Shown: positions 22,548 to 30,918 of the stretch, one piece after another
How positions within the stretch are numbered: position 1 is the stretch's first letter
Layout: every line of letters starts with the position of its first letter
Assembly: GCA_900768725.1 (NCBI GenBank)
Contig: CAAGDU010000154.1
Location: forward strand, 1-38,937
From: Bacteroidales bacterium
GTDB lineage: Bacteria > Bacteroidota > Bacteroidia > Bacteroidales > Paludibacteraceae
Direction: 5' to 3'
Length of the DNA: 38,937 nt
Program-made: the position numbers and the translations under genes
Notes under the pieces: model-generated
What the model was told of the DNA's origin: nothing
What the model saw: only the letters and a program-made list of their open reading frames with translations
Database searches by the model: none

Positions 22548-25500
22548 ATGAAACAGTCTCGTTTACATACTTTTCTCCTGCTCGTTGCACTATTGCTGTG
22601 GGCAAGTTGCTTATCCGCTCAAACTACGGTATGTACAAACACAAAAACCTTAGAATGTGAAACCGATTTTATCTACAATAATAATTGTATAGAGAACAAT
22701 GAATCTAAATTTGGTACGCATTCGGGGGGTAAAGGCATGATTACCAATCCAGAGGGTGAGTTATATCTTCCGCTATCTATTTCAGAAGCAGCGGAAATTA
22801 AATTTAACATAAGGATGGGTAATATTTGGGATGAAAGTAACCCATGGTTGAATATCTATGAAGAAAATAATAGTGGTGATGTTACCATTAACGGTAAAAA
22901 CTATACCAAGATAACATACTTAAATATCAAACCATCTAATCAAGAAGCATATCAAACAAATGTTAATTCATATACATTTAGTACAGGTGGTGATTATGTC
23001 ATAGGTTTATATGCCGCACATTATGTTATTTTCGACTATGTAACCTATGAGGCACCCGAAGGGAAAGATGTTTTTTGCGAGAGCGCTACCACCTATGCGT
23101 TGACGGTGCAAACGCCTACGAATGGTATTATTACCACCAGCCCCGAGGATGTCTCTGCCATTGCATCGGGCAAGACTGTAATCCTCACTGCAACACCGGC
23201 AGACGGGTATATGTTCGATAAATGGGTGGACGGCGAAGGTGCGGAACTTTCCACTGACAATCCCTATTCGCTAAAGATGGATGCCGACAAGACTGTGCAG
23301 GCACTTTTCAAAACCTTTACAGAAACATATACCCTTATCGTAACCGGAACAGATGCCAATGTGGGTAGCGCAGGCAGCAACAATGGGAATAGTGGCTCGC
23401 TGACGACCACCTCCAAGGCAGACCCCGCAGGGGTCTTTGCACACAACGTGCTGCAAGTGGACTATTCTATGCCCTCCGGCGCATGGGCACAATGGAACTT
23501 AAGTCGCGACCAAGCCTATAAAGATGCAGGGGCAACGGCAGCAAGCGGCACCACAGGAATCGCTTTCTGGTACCGCACTGAATCAACAAACGACCAAGTA
23601 GCGTTTATCATCGACTACAATAGCAGTACGCAAAAAGTCTTCCAACTGACTGCCACCAACGGCGCGTGGCGCTACCTCTATTTCGCTTCCTCTACGACCT
23701 CTATTTCCTCCATCGGTTTTTACGTGAACCAAGAGAAAGACGGTAGCACTACTGCCCAATCCTCCGGCACGTTCTACCTGAGCGAGATCAAGCATACCAA
23801 CCTGACCGAGGCGGCAGATAGGGTAGGCGGCGGACAGACGCTTATCAGCGAGTTGCCGTGGGTGCCTGCTGCCGAAGAAGATGCCTCTATCTCCAAAGAC
23901 CACAGCCTGCTGATTGCCTCCGGCATCTTCAACTGCCATTCCCATACGCTGACTCTATGGGCAGCGGCTGCTGCCGGCAAGCAAGCGCAGGTGTACAGCC
24001 GTGCCGACAATACACTGCTTGGCACACTCACTTTCGTCTCTACCTCAGTGAGCGGAACGGACTCTGCTACGCTCTTCATGGAGACCGGCTATCTGCCCGA
24101 GGCGGGGGTAAGTATCAAGATGGCGGGCGAGAGCGCCGAGACCATCCACGTAACCCGCATTGCCGCTCCTACCCAAGTACCTATCTATAAGGCATGGCCG
24201 TGGAAGCACGAGACCGACACGTTCAAGATACCAGACTGGGAATATCAAATCGCCTTAGGTCCCGAACATTTCACCACGGCGAAGGCTGGAGATAAGTTGC
24301 TGGTGCGTACCACCTCTTGCGGCGGGGATGCCGAAGGCTCTTTGCAGGGGGCGAAAGGGTATGTTACGCTTGAGGGAAAAGCCTACCATTTGAATGGTAC
24401 AGAAGTATCGTATAGGGATGATGCAGGGCTGCGTGATTTCTATATCGGCGGAAAGGGCTACTACCATCTGTTCACAGATGAATCATTAGCCCGTGCCCAA
24501 AAGGAAGGAATTGTCATCAAAGGACAGAATTACAATGTTACCGAGGTGCTTATTGAGGCGTCTTGCTCCAACGACACCATGCGCAGCCAACCCGATGTGA
24601 TGGTCTATGGCGATGAAGGAGGTGAGGTGCTGGAGGAGTGGGAACACAAGTACAGCGACCCCTTCGATTTTGGCAACTGGGATCATAAAATCAACTTTGT
24701 GCCTGCGGCATTCGCTCGTGCCAAGGTAGGTAATGTGCTGCGTATCAATATCAACCCTACTGCAGGCTCTCTCGACCCTACAGTATCGTTCCGATGCGAT
24801 GTGGATACCATCGATGCCGACTCACAAGGAGACGAGAATATCCAATGGGTGAAGACTACGGGCGACATCTCTTTCGACCGAACGATTACCAATCTGGATG
24901 GTGATGCGCCGGACGCAGAGGGATATGTGGACCTCTATATCACCGAGGAGATGCTCAAACGACTGAAAGAGGGCGGACTGATTGTTTGCGGCAAAGGCTC
25001 TGCGCTGCTGAAAGTGGAACTGGTGGTAGGACCGTTCCAAATAGGCTCTAAATTAGTTTCCGAGAGCCGTCTCGTCCCCAAGTGCGGCGTCGATACGCTC
25101 ATTATCTGGCAAGGCAGCGAGGCGCTCAACACCGATAGCATTCGCGTGAACAAGATGGTGCAATATATTCGTCCTGCTACAGGCGGCGTATCCGGCAACA
25201 CTTTGGAGCAATGGGCAACGTTCTGCGTACCTTTCCCCGTCAACAAGATATTCTCCACGGAAGCAAGTACAGGTACCGACTACGAGATCAATGCCGTCTA
25301 TCGAAAGGACTCGGATCCCAATCCCGATGATCCGCAAGGACAAGGCAGTTTTTGGTTGCAGGGACTGACCGATGACAACCCGAGCGGGGTCAACGAGATC
25401 TTCCGTTCACGATGGACCTATATAGACACCCCTTACCCCAAAGCCGACTCGGCGTATATCATCCTTTTCAAGGACATGGGCTGGTTTGCCGACAACCCTA

Positions 25501-25964
25501 TCGTGAAGTTCTGCCAAGAGGCGACCGACGGCAAGCCAATCATGATTTCCGGCAAGCAACAGCAGCACCATGTGTATAGCGACGGGTCGATGAACTACTT
25601 CTTCTATGCCAACAACACGATGTACAATATGCCGATTCTTGATGCCGGCGGCAAACCGACTTCTGCCTATTTGTTGGACGCAGAGGGCAAGTACTTCGTG
25701 CTGCAACAGAATGCCGTGGTGAAACCCTTTGAATGCTATGTGCAGACCACGGAGACCTTTAAGATACAGTTCCCGTCACGTATCGCTTTCCGATTCATAG
25801 ACGAAGGTGGCGACACACCCACCTTGCTATTGGAGACGGAAGACATTGACAAGGAGGTGCATATCTACGATTTGTCAGGCAGACCGATAGCCGACCTACA
25901 GTCCGCACCGCAAGGCATCTATATCATTCGTCAGGGAAAGACCACTCGCAAAGTAGTTCACTAA
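22548..25964 (+). CDS. Large (1138 aa) T9SS-sorted secreted multidomain protein of unknown function, an extended paralog of 20785-22197.
   Basis: After the signal peptide it shows the same order: CBM6-like domain, B-repeat (YALTVQTPTNGIITT..VILTATPADGYMFDKWVD), CBM-like domain (GTTGIAFWYRTE). About 650 extra residues follow, including an internal duplication and a WATFCVPF...VKPFECYV domain. The CTD is IYDLSGRPIADLQSAPQGIYIIRQGKTTRKVVH. Confidence 0.85.
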   Translation: MKQSRLHTFLLLVALLLWASCLSAQTTVCTNTKTLECETDFIYNNNCIENNESKFGTHSGGKGMITNPEGELYLPLSISEAAEIKFNIRMGNIWDESNPWLNIYEENNSGDVTINGKNYTKITYLNIKPSNQEAYQTNVNSYTFSTGGDYVIGLYAAHYVIFDYVTYEAPEGKDVFCESATTYALTVQTPTNGIITTSPEDVSAIASGKTVILTATPADGYMFDKWVDGEGAELSTDNPYSLKMDADKTVQALFKTFTETYTLIVTGTDANVGSAGSNNGNSGSLTTTSKADPAGVFAHNVLQVDYSMPSGAWAQWNLSRDQAYKDAGATAASGTTGIAFWYRTESTNDQVAFIIDYNSSTQKVFQLTATNGAWRYLYFASSTTSISSIGFYVNQEKDGSTTAQSSGTFYLSEIKHTNLTEAADRVGGGQTLISELPWVPAAEEDASISKDHSLLIASGIFNCHSHTLTLWAAAAAGKQAQVYSRADNTLLGTLTFVSTSVSGTDSATLFMETGYLPEAGVSIKMAGESAETIHVTRIAAPTQVPIYKAWPWKHETDTFKIPDWEYQIALGPEHFTTAKAGDKLLVRTTSCGGDAEGSLQGAKGYVTLEGKAYHLNGTEVSYRDDAGLRDFYIGGKGYYHLFTDESLARAQKEGIVIKGQNYNVTEVLIEASCSNDTMRSQPDVMVYGDEGGEVLEEWEHKYSDPFDFGNWDHKINFVPAAFARAKVGNVLRININPTAGSLDPTVSFRCDVDTIDADSQGDENIQWVKTTGDISFDRTITNLDGDAPDAEGYVDLYITEEMLKRLKEGGLIVCGKGSALLKVELVVGPFQIGSKLVSESRLVPKCGVDTLIIWQGSEALNTDSIRVNKMVQYIRPATGGVSGNTLEQWATFCVPFPVNKIFSTEASTGTDYEINAVYRKDSDPNPDDPQGQGSFWLQGLTDDNPSGVNEIFRSRWTYIDTPYPKADSAYIILFKDMGWFADNPIVKFCQEATDGKPIMISGKQQQHHVYSDGSMNYFFYANNTMYNMPILDAGGKPTSAYLLDAEGKYFVLQQNAVVKPFECYVQTTETFKIQFPSRIAFRFIDEGGDTPTLLLETEDIDKEVHIYDLSGRPIADLQSAPQGIYIIRQGKTTRKVVH

Positions 25965-25982
25965 CATTTGAGGACTAATGCC

Positions 25983-28439
25983 ATGAAACCATTAAGATAC
26001 ACATGGATACTTATTTTAATGCTGCATATCGCCTACATGTCAGCATCTACGGATTATGGCGCGGTGCCGAATAACGAAGATATGCAACCATTTGCGTCAA
26101 GCATGATGCAGACCGGCTCGCAATACCAAAGTACCGTTTATGCCCCGTTTGGTACCACTACACCCTCGCAGATTACATATGTAGCGATAAGCACAAACCC
26201 ACAGCACACCGGCGAGCAACGCACCCCTCCAGTTACCGGTGGTGGCGCAGGCGTAGATGAACCTACCATTCTGCCGATAGGCGACGGTGGACTATTTTGG
26301 TTGGTCTTGGTGGGGATATATGTCTTGTTGATGCAATGGCGCAAGAAGAAATCTATTACCTACCCTAAACTAACATTTTTTGCTTTGGTTTTCACCTTCT
26401 CCCTACCCTTGCAGGCGGGGATGCATAACAACATGCTGCTATCGGATTTGGTGAAAGATTATCCTGTTTTCGGCACGTCTGATATCACTTCTCTGCCGGC
26501 TTTGCAGGTCTCACATGCCAATGGCGATCAGACCTTGCAGCTCTATGAGGCACAGCGAGACACGTTGCAAGGCACAGGTTTTACCGAGTATGTCCGTACC
26601 TTCCGTGATAGCCTTTATCCCGTGCAGGTGTCCTTATGTTGCAGGGTGTATGCTGACTATGGGATAGGCGAGCAATGGATGGAGATTCAGCACCAAGAGA
26701 AGAAACCAATCACGCTCAAGCACTACGATAGCGGCTGTCTGCGCGTGCCGCGAGGCGATGTATGGCTAACTTATTTCGTTGGCGACTGGGCAGCGGAAGG
26801 TACGCCCGTGAGTATGCCGCTGCGGGGCGGAACGGTGGTGGTACAGAATACCGACGGTTCTCGCAATGCCCATCTGACGATGCCTGCTGCTGTGCTCTCG
26901 CTGGACGGTCAGCTCTCGGAAGCAAACGGACGCACCGTGGCGGCTACGTTGTGCTGGAGCGGAAACTACACATTGCAGTGTACCACCACCAACGATGGCT
27001 ACCATCGTTTATACGCCGGTATATGCCCTTTGGCGGCGGAGTATGTTTTGTTGCCCCGACAACTATTCCGCACCCCTGCCTTGGTCTTTGCCTATTCGGA
27101 GGAGGGAATAGGGGGTTGCAGTCGGTCGCTCCACCAATGGGCAAGAGACCACAAACGCATATTGCACTCGGACGACCTTCGCCCCGTCTTGCTAAACTCT
27201 TGGGAAGGAATCTATTTTGACATCACGGAAGATCGCATCAAGGGAATGATGGACGACATCGCCGATATGGGAGGTGAACTCTTTGTGATGGACGATGGCT
27301 GGTTTGGCGGCAAGTACCCGCGCACCACCGATAATGCTGCTTTGGGCGATTGGCAGGTGGATAGTCGCAAGTTGCCCAATGGCTTGCAACCCTTGATAGA
27401 CTATGCCCATAGCAGCGGAATACGATTGGGTATATGGATAGAGCCCGAGTCCACAAACACGCTGAGCGAACTCTATGAGAAGCATCCTGAATGGGTGTTG
27501 CAGAACAAAGGCAGAACACCTAAGGCAGGACGGGGAGGAACCCAGTTGTTGCTCGACCTGACCAACCCGCAAGTGCAGGATTACATATTCAATATGGTAG
27601 ATACCTTGCTCACACGCTATCCAGACATTGCCTACATCAAATGGGATGCCAACACCCCGATGCAGAACTACGGTTCCCTATACCTCCCCGCAGATAGGCA
27701 GACCAACTTGGCGGTGGAGTATCATCGTGGATTAGAGCAGGTGCTGCAACGTATCCGCACTAAGTATCCCGATGTGATTATGCAGAATTGCGCCAGCGGG
27801 GGTGGCAGAGCCAACTACGGACTGATGCCTTATTTTGATGAGATGTGGGTGAGCGACAACAACGATGCGCTGCAGCGGATTTATATATGGTGGACCTATT
27901 CCTATTTCTTCCCGCCTATTACTTTAGCGCAACATATAGGCGGCAGTCCCTACCACATGACCGGCAGAGTCGTACCGATTAAGTTCCGTTGCGATGTGGC
28001 GATGGCAGGCAGGATGGGCATGGAGTTGCAACCCAAAGACATGACAGACACAGAGCGGAAGCAGTGCGCACAAGCCATACACGACTACAAGGCAATCCGT
28101 CCGCTGGTGCAGCAGGGAGACCTCTACCGATTGGTATCGCCCTATGCGGACAAGCATATCGCCGCTATGATGTATGTGGCACCCAATCAACAGGATGCCG
28201 TTCTGTTCGCCTATCGAATGGATTATTTGCGCAACAGTCCGATGGAAAATGTGGTATTATCGGGGCTTTTGCCGGAGGCTACTTATCGTGTGAGTATGCT
28301 CAACGAGGATGTGAACGGCAAGCAACCGACACCCGAGCAGCACATCAGTGGCGCGGAACTCATGGAGAAAGGATTATCCCTGCCGCTTGACCACGACTAT
28401 GCCAGCGTGGTAGTGCGGCTACAACGCATAGAGCAGTAA
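25983..28439 (+). CDS. GH36 alpha-galactosidase. The reading frame includes a 116-aa in-frame leader, and the alternative start ATG 26331 gives a canonical ~702-aa enzyme with its own signal peptide.
   Basis: GH36 motifs are FVMDDGWFGGKYPRTTDNAALGDWQVD, GIWIEPE, YIKWDAN and NCASGGGR. The ORF-track start at 25968 is TTG and the first ATG is 25983. The internal MQWRKKKSITYPKLTFFALVFTFSLPLQA is signal-peptide-like. Confidence 0.88.
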   Translation: MKPLRYTWILILMLHIAYMSASTDYGAVPNNEDMQPFASSMMQTGSQYQSTVYAPFGTTTPSQITYVAISTNPQHTGEQRTPPVTGGGAGVDEPTILPIGDGGLFWLVLVGIYVLLMQWRKKKSITYPKLTFFALVFTFSLPLQAGMHNNMLLSDLVKDYPVFGTSDITSLPALQVSHANGDQTLQLYEAQRDTLQGTGFTEYVRTFRDSLYPVQVSLCCRVYADYGIGEQWMEIQHQEKKPITLKHYDSGCLRVPRGDVWLTYFVGDWAAEGTPVSMPLRGGTVVVQNTDGSRNAHLTMPAAVLSLDGQLSEANGRTVAATLCWSGNYTLQCTTTNDGYHRLYAGICPLAAEYVLLPRQLFRTPALVFAYSEEGIGGCSRSLHQWARDHKRILHSDDLRPVLLNSWEGIYFDITEDRIKGMMDDIADMGGELFVMDDGWFGGKYPRTTDNAALGDWQVDSRKLPNGLQPLIDYAHSSGIRLGIWIEPESTNTLSELYEKHPEWVLQNKGRTPKAGRGGTQLLLDLTNPQVQDYIFNMVDTLLTRYPDIAYIKWDANTPMQNYGSLYLPADRQTNLAVEYHRGLEQVLQRIRTKYPDVIMQNCASGGGRANYGLMPYFDEMWVSDNNDALQRIYIWWTYSYFFPPITLAQHIGGSPYHMTGRVVPIKFRCDVAMAGRMGMELQPKDMTDTERKQCAQAIHDYKAIRPLVQQGDLYRLVSPYADKHIAAMMYVAPNQQDAVLFAYRMDYLRNSPMENVVLSGLLPEATYRVSMLNEDVNGKQPTPEQHISGAELMEKGLSLPLDHDYASVVVRLQRIEQ

Positions 28440-28444
28440 CAAAT

Positions 28445-28504
28445 AAATTCTTAAATTTGAAAATTTGTAAAAGTTGTCCGGGTGCGCAGGCGTCCCCGCC
28501 TGCT
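28445..28504. repeat. Intergenic octamer array (AATTCTTA/AATTTGAA/AATTTGTA) fused to GC-rich hairpin module Y.
   Basis: aaattcttaaatttgaaaatttgtaaaag followed by gtccgggtgcgcaggcgtccccgcctgct, with stem gcaggcg/cgcctgc. Confidence 0.75.
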
Positions 28505-28528
28505 GAAAAAATATAATAGTCAAATAAT

Positions 28529-29599
28529 ATGAGAAAAACAAAAATCGCATTGTGCATGGTGTTGCTAACAACTATGTTGCTCAGTTGCAGCACGCCGAAA
28601 CCCCGACTTGTCGGGGAGCAGTTGCTGGAACAATTAACGCAGTATGCCGCGAGCGAGCAGTTGCTCTTTGGGCAGCAGGATGCCACGCTGTACGGGCACG
28701 GCTGGATAGGCGAGGCAGGGCGTTGCGATTGCAAAGAGGTCTGTGGAAATTATCCGGCGATTATCGGCTTCGATTTAGGGCATATAGAGACCGGCGACAG
28801 TGTCAATCTCGATGGGGTGTCGTTTGGTGCTATCAGCAAGGCAATGGAGGAGCACCATGCTCGCGGCGGTATCATAACCGTCTCGTGGCATCCTCGCCAC
28901 ATGCTCACGGGTGGCTCCTCATGGGAGGTAACCGACGAGGCGATGATGGACTCGCTGCTGTATAGCGAAGCGGGACAAGCCGCCTTGGATACGGCATTAA
29001 CTCGTGTCGGACAGTTCTTGGCGGCGCAGGATGCACCCATACTCTTCCGACCCTGGCATGAGATGAACGGCACGTGGTTCTGGTGGGGAGCCACAGGGTG
29101 CACGCCGAAGCAATATATCGCGCTCTATCAGCATACCCATGAGGTACTAAACAGCATCGTGGGAAAAGACAAACTGGTGTGGGCGTTCTCCCCCAACTTA
29201 GGAGTAAACGACTCTATCTATATGGCTTACTACCCGGGTGATGCCTATGTGGATCTCTTGGGCTACGACTGCTACCATTTTGCACATGAGACCGACAGTG
29301 CCTTCCAAGCACACTTGCGTGATGGATTGGAGGTGATGAGGCGTGTCTCCGAACAAACGGGAAAACCGATAGCCCTGACAGAAACGGGGCTGGAGAGTGT
29401 GCAACGCCCGCAATGGTGGACCGAGACCTTGTTGCCCGTTTTGGAAGATTATCCCTTGGCGTATGTGTTAGTATGGCGCAATGCCTATGACCAACCTGCC
29501 CACTATTACGTTCCTTTCGCGGGCGACACCTCCGCAGAGGACTTCAAGGCTTTCCACGACTCCGAAAAAACGGTGTTTTTGCCAAAGGTCAAATCGTAA
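28529..29599 (+). CDS. GH26 beta-mannanase/mannobiohydrolase-like lipoprotein.
   Basis: The lipobox is LLSCSTP. The GH26 hallmark is PILFRPWHEMNGTWFWWG and the nucleophile region is IALTETG. Confidence 0.9.
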   Translation: MRKTKIALCMVLLTTMLLSCSTPKPRLVGEQLLEQLTQYAASEQLLFGQQDATLYGHGWIGEAGRCDCKEVCGNYPAIIGFDLGHIETGDSVNLDGVSFGAISKAMEEHHARGGIITVSWHPRHMLTGGSSWEVTDEAMMDSLLYSEAGQAALDTALTRVGQFLAAQDAPILFRPWHEMNGTWFWWGATGCTPKQYIALYQHTHEVLNSIVGKDKLVWAFSPNLGVNDSIYMAYYPGDAYVDLLGYDCYHFAHETDSAFQAHLRDGLEVMRRVSEQTGKPIALTETGLESVQRPQWWTETLLPVLEDYPLAYVLVWRNAYDQPAHYYVPFAGDTSAEDFKAFHDSEKTVFLPKVKS

Positions 29600-29623
29600 A
29601 TCGTAAATTGTCAAATCGTAAAT
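29591..29623. repeat. AAATCGT (=CGTAAAT) heptamer array that fills the GH26-GH130 junction and contains the GH26 stop codon.
   Basis: aaatcgt aaatcgt aaattgt c aaatcgt aaat, with the TAA stop at 29597-29599. Confidence 0.75.
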
Positions 29624-29631
29624 ATACACTT

Positions 29632-30792
29632 ATGACTTTCGCAGAAAGAAAATCTTATCTTGAGAAACAGCATGAGTTGCTTCTCAATCGTGAAAACAAA
29701 CCATTAGATAGCATCAATGGTATCTACACGCGTTATCAATATCCTATCTTGACAGGGGCGCATGCTCCGCTGGAATGGCGTTTCGATTTCAACGAGCACG
29801 ACAATCCCTTCCTAATGGAGCGTATTGGCGTGAACGCGGTGCTCAATTCCGGTGCTATCTATTTGGACGGTAAGTTTATCTTGGTATGCCGCGTGGAGGG
29901 CAACGACCGCAAGTCGTTCTTCGCTGTGGCAGAGTCGCCCAACGGAATAGACCATTTCCGCTTCTGGGAACGCCCTATCACTATGCCGGAAGATGTCATC
30001 CCTGCAACGAACATCTACGACATGCGCTTGACGCAGCATGAGGACGGTTGGATATATGGCTTATTCTGCGTGGAACGCCATGACGACCGTTGCCCGGGCG
30101 ACCTGAGTGCCGCTACCGCTACTTGTGGTATTGCGCGCACCCACGACCTAAAGACATGGTATCGTCTGCCCGATCTGAAGACCAAGAGCCAGCAGCGCAA
30201 TGTCGTGCTTCATCCCGAGTTCGTGGACGGCAAGTATGCGCTCTATACACGCCCGCAAGACGGCTTTATCGATGCCGGCAATGGTGGCGGTATCGGTTGG
30301 GCATTGGTAGAAGACATCACCCACGCCGAGGTGAAGGACGAACTGATTATTGACCAACGCTTCTACCACACCATCAAGGAGGTGAAGAACGGAGAAGGTC
30401 CTCATCCTATCAAGACCGATAAGGGCTGGCTTCATCTCGCTCACGGTGTGCGCGGATGTGCATCCGGATTGCGCTATGTGCTCTACCTATATATGACTGC
30501 CTTGGATGAACCATGGCGCCCCATCGCACAACCCGGCGGCTATTTTATGGCACCCGTAGGGGAGGAATATATAGGCGATGTGATGAACGTGCTGTTCACC
30601 AACGGATGGATTGCTACGCCGGACGGGAAAGTGTATATCTACTATGCAAGCAGCGATACACGCATGCACGTGGCTACTTCGACTATAGACCAACTGGTGG
30701 ACTATTGTCTCCATACCCCCAAAGACCAGCTCTCCACCGGCGCGTCCGTGCGCGCCATCAACGCGCTGATAGATAAGAATAAAGGTATCTGA
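29632..30792 (+). CDS. GH130 4-O-beta-D-mannosyl-D-glucose phosphorylase.
   Basis: Close resemblance to the Bacteroides fragilis-type enzyme: TRYQYPILTGAHAPLEWRFD, NPFLMERIGVNAVLNSGAIYLDGKF, VEGNDRKSFFAVAESPNGIDHFRFW, YIYYASSDTRMHVA. The ORF-track start at 29608 is TTG inside the heptamer repeat, so ATG 29632 is chosen. Confidence 0.92.
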   Translation: MTFAERKSYLEKQHELLLNRENKPLDSINGIYTRYQYPILTGAHAPLEWRFDFNEHDNPFLMERIGVNAVLNSGAIYLDGKFILVCRVEGNDRKSFFAVAESPNGIDHFRFWERPITMPEDVIPATNIYDMRLTQHEDGWIYGLFCVERHDDRCPGDLSAATATCGIARTHDLKTWYRLPDLKTKSQQRNVVLHPEFVDGKYALYTRPQDGFIDAGNGGGIGWALVEDITHAEVKDELIIDQRFYHTIKEVKNGEGPHPIKTDKGWLHLAHGVRGCASGLRYVLYLYMTALDEPWRPIAQPGGYFMAPVGEEYIGDVMNVLFTNGWIATPDGKVYIYYASSDTRMHVATSTIDQLVDYCLHTPKDQLSTGASVRAINALIDKNKGI

Positions 30793-30851
30793 AACCCATT
30801 GGCTACGCCCCGACTCGTCGGAGTCCGGGTGCGCCCCGGACCCATCGGGGC

Positions 30852-30900
30852 TTGAAACTTGACACTTGAAACTTGACACTTGAAACTTGAAACTTGCAAC
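30852..30900. repeat. Seven tandem TTGAAAC/TTGACAC heptamers, preceded by GC-rich module X (30823-30852) and a hairpin (30808-30823).
   Basis: ttgaaac ttgacac ttgaaac ttgacac ttgaaac ttgaaac ttgcaac. The X plus heptamer unit is the same as at 22301-22366. Confidence 0.85.
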
Positions 30901-30918
30901 CTACAATCAAGCAACACT

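Noticed and set aside
22178-22549. ORFs translating the GC-rich intergenic modules, e.g. 22178-22549 (-) and 33267-33653 (+), which share the peptide VRVRRRPRLL.
   Set aside because: The shared peptide simply reflects repeat module Y read in one frame. The modules occur in both orientations, lack start context, and are interrupted by simple repeats. They are treated as non-coding repeats.
25968-30918. TTG-initiated ORF-track starts at 25968, 29608 and 30880.
   Set aside because: All three are TTG codons, and two lie inside heptamer tandem repeats. In-frame ATGs at 25983, 29632 and 30919 give N-termini matching family expectations (MTFAERKSYLEKQ for GH130, MVKWFEKIGYGFGD for the GPH symporter).
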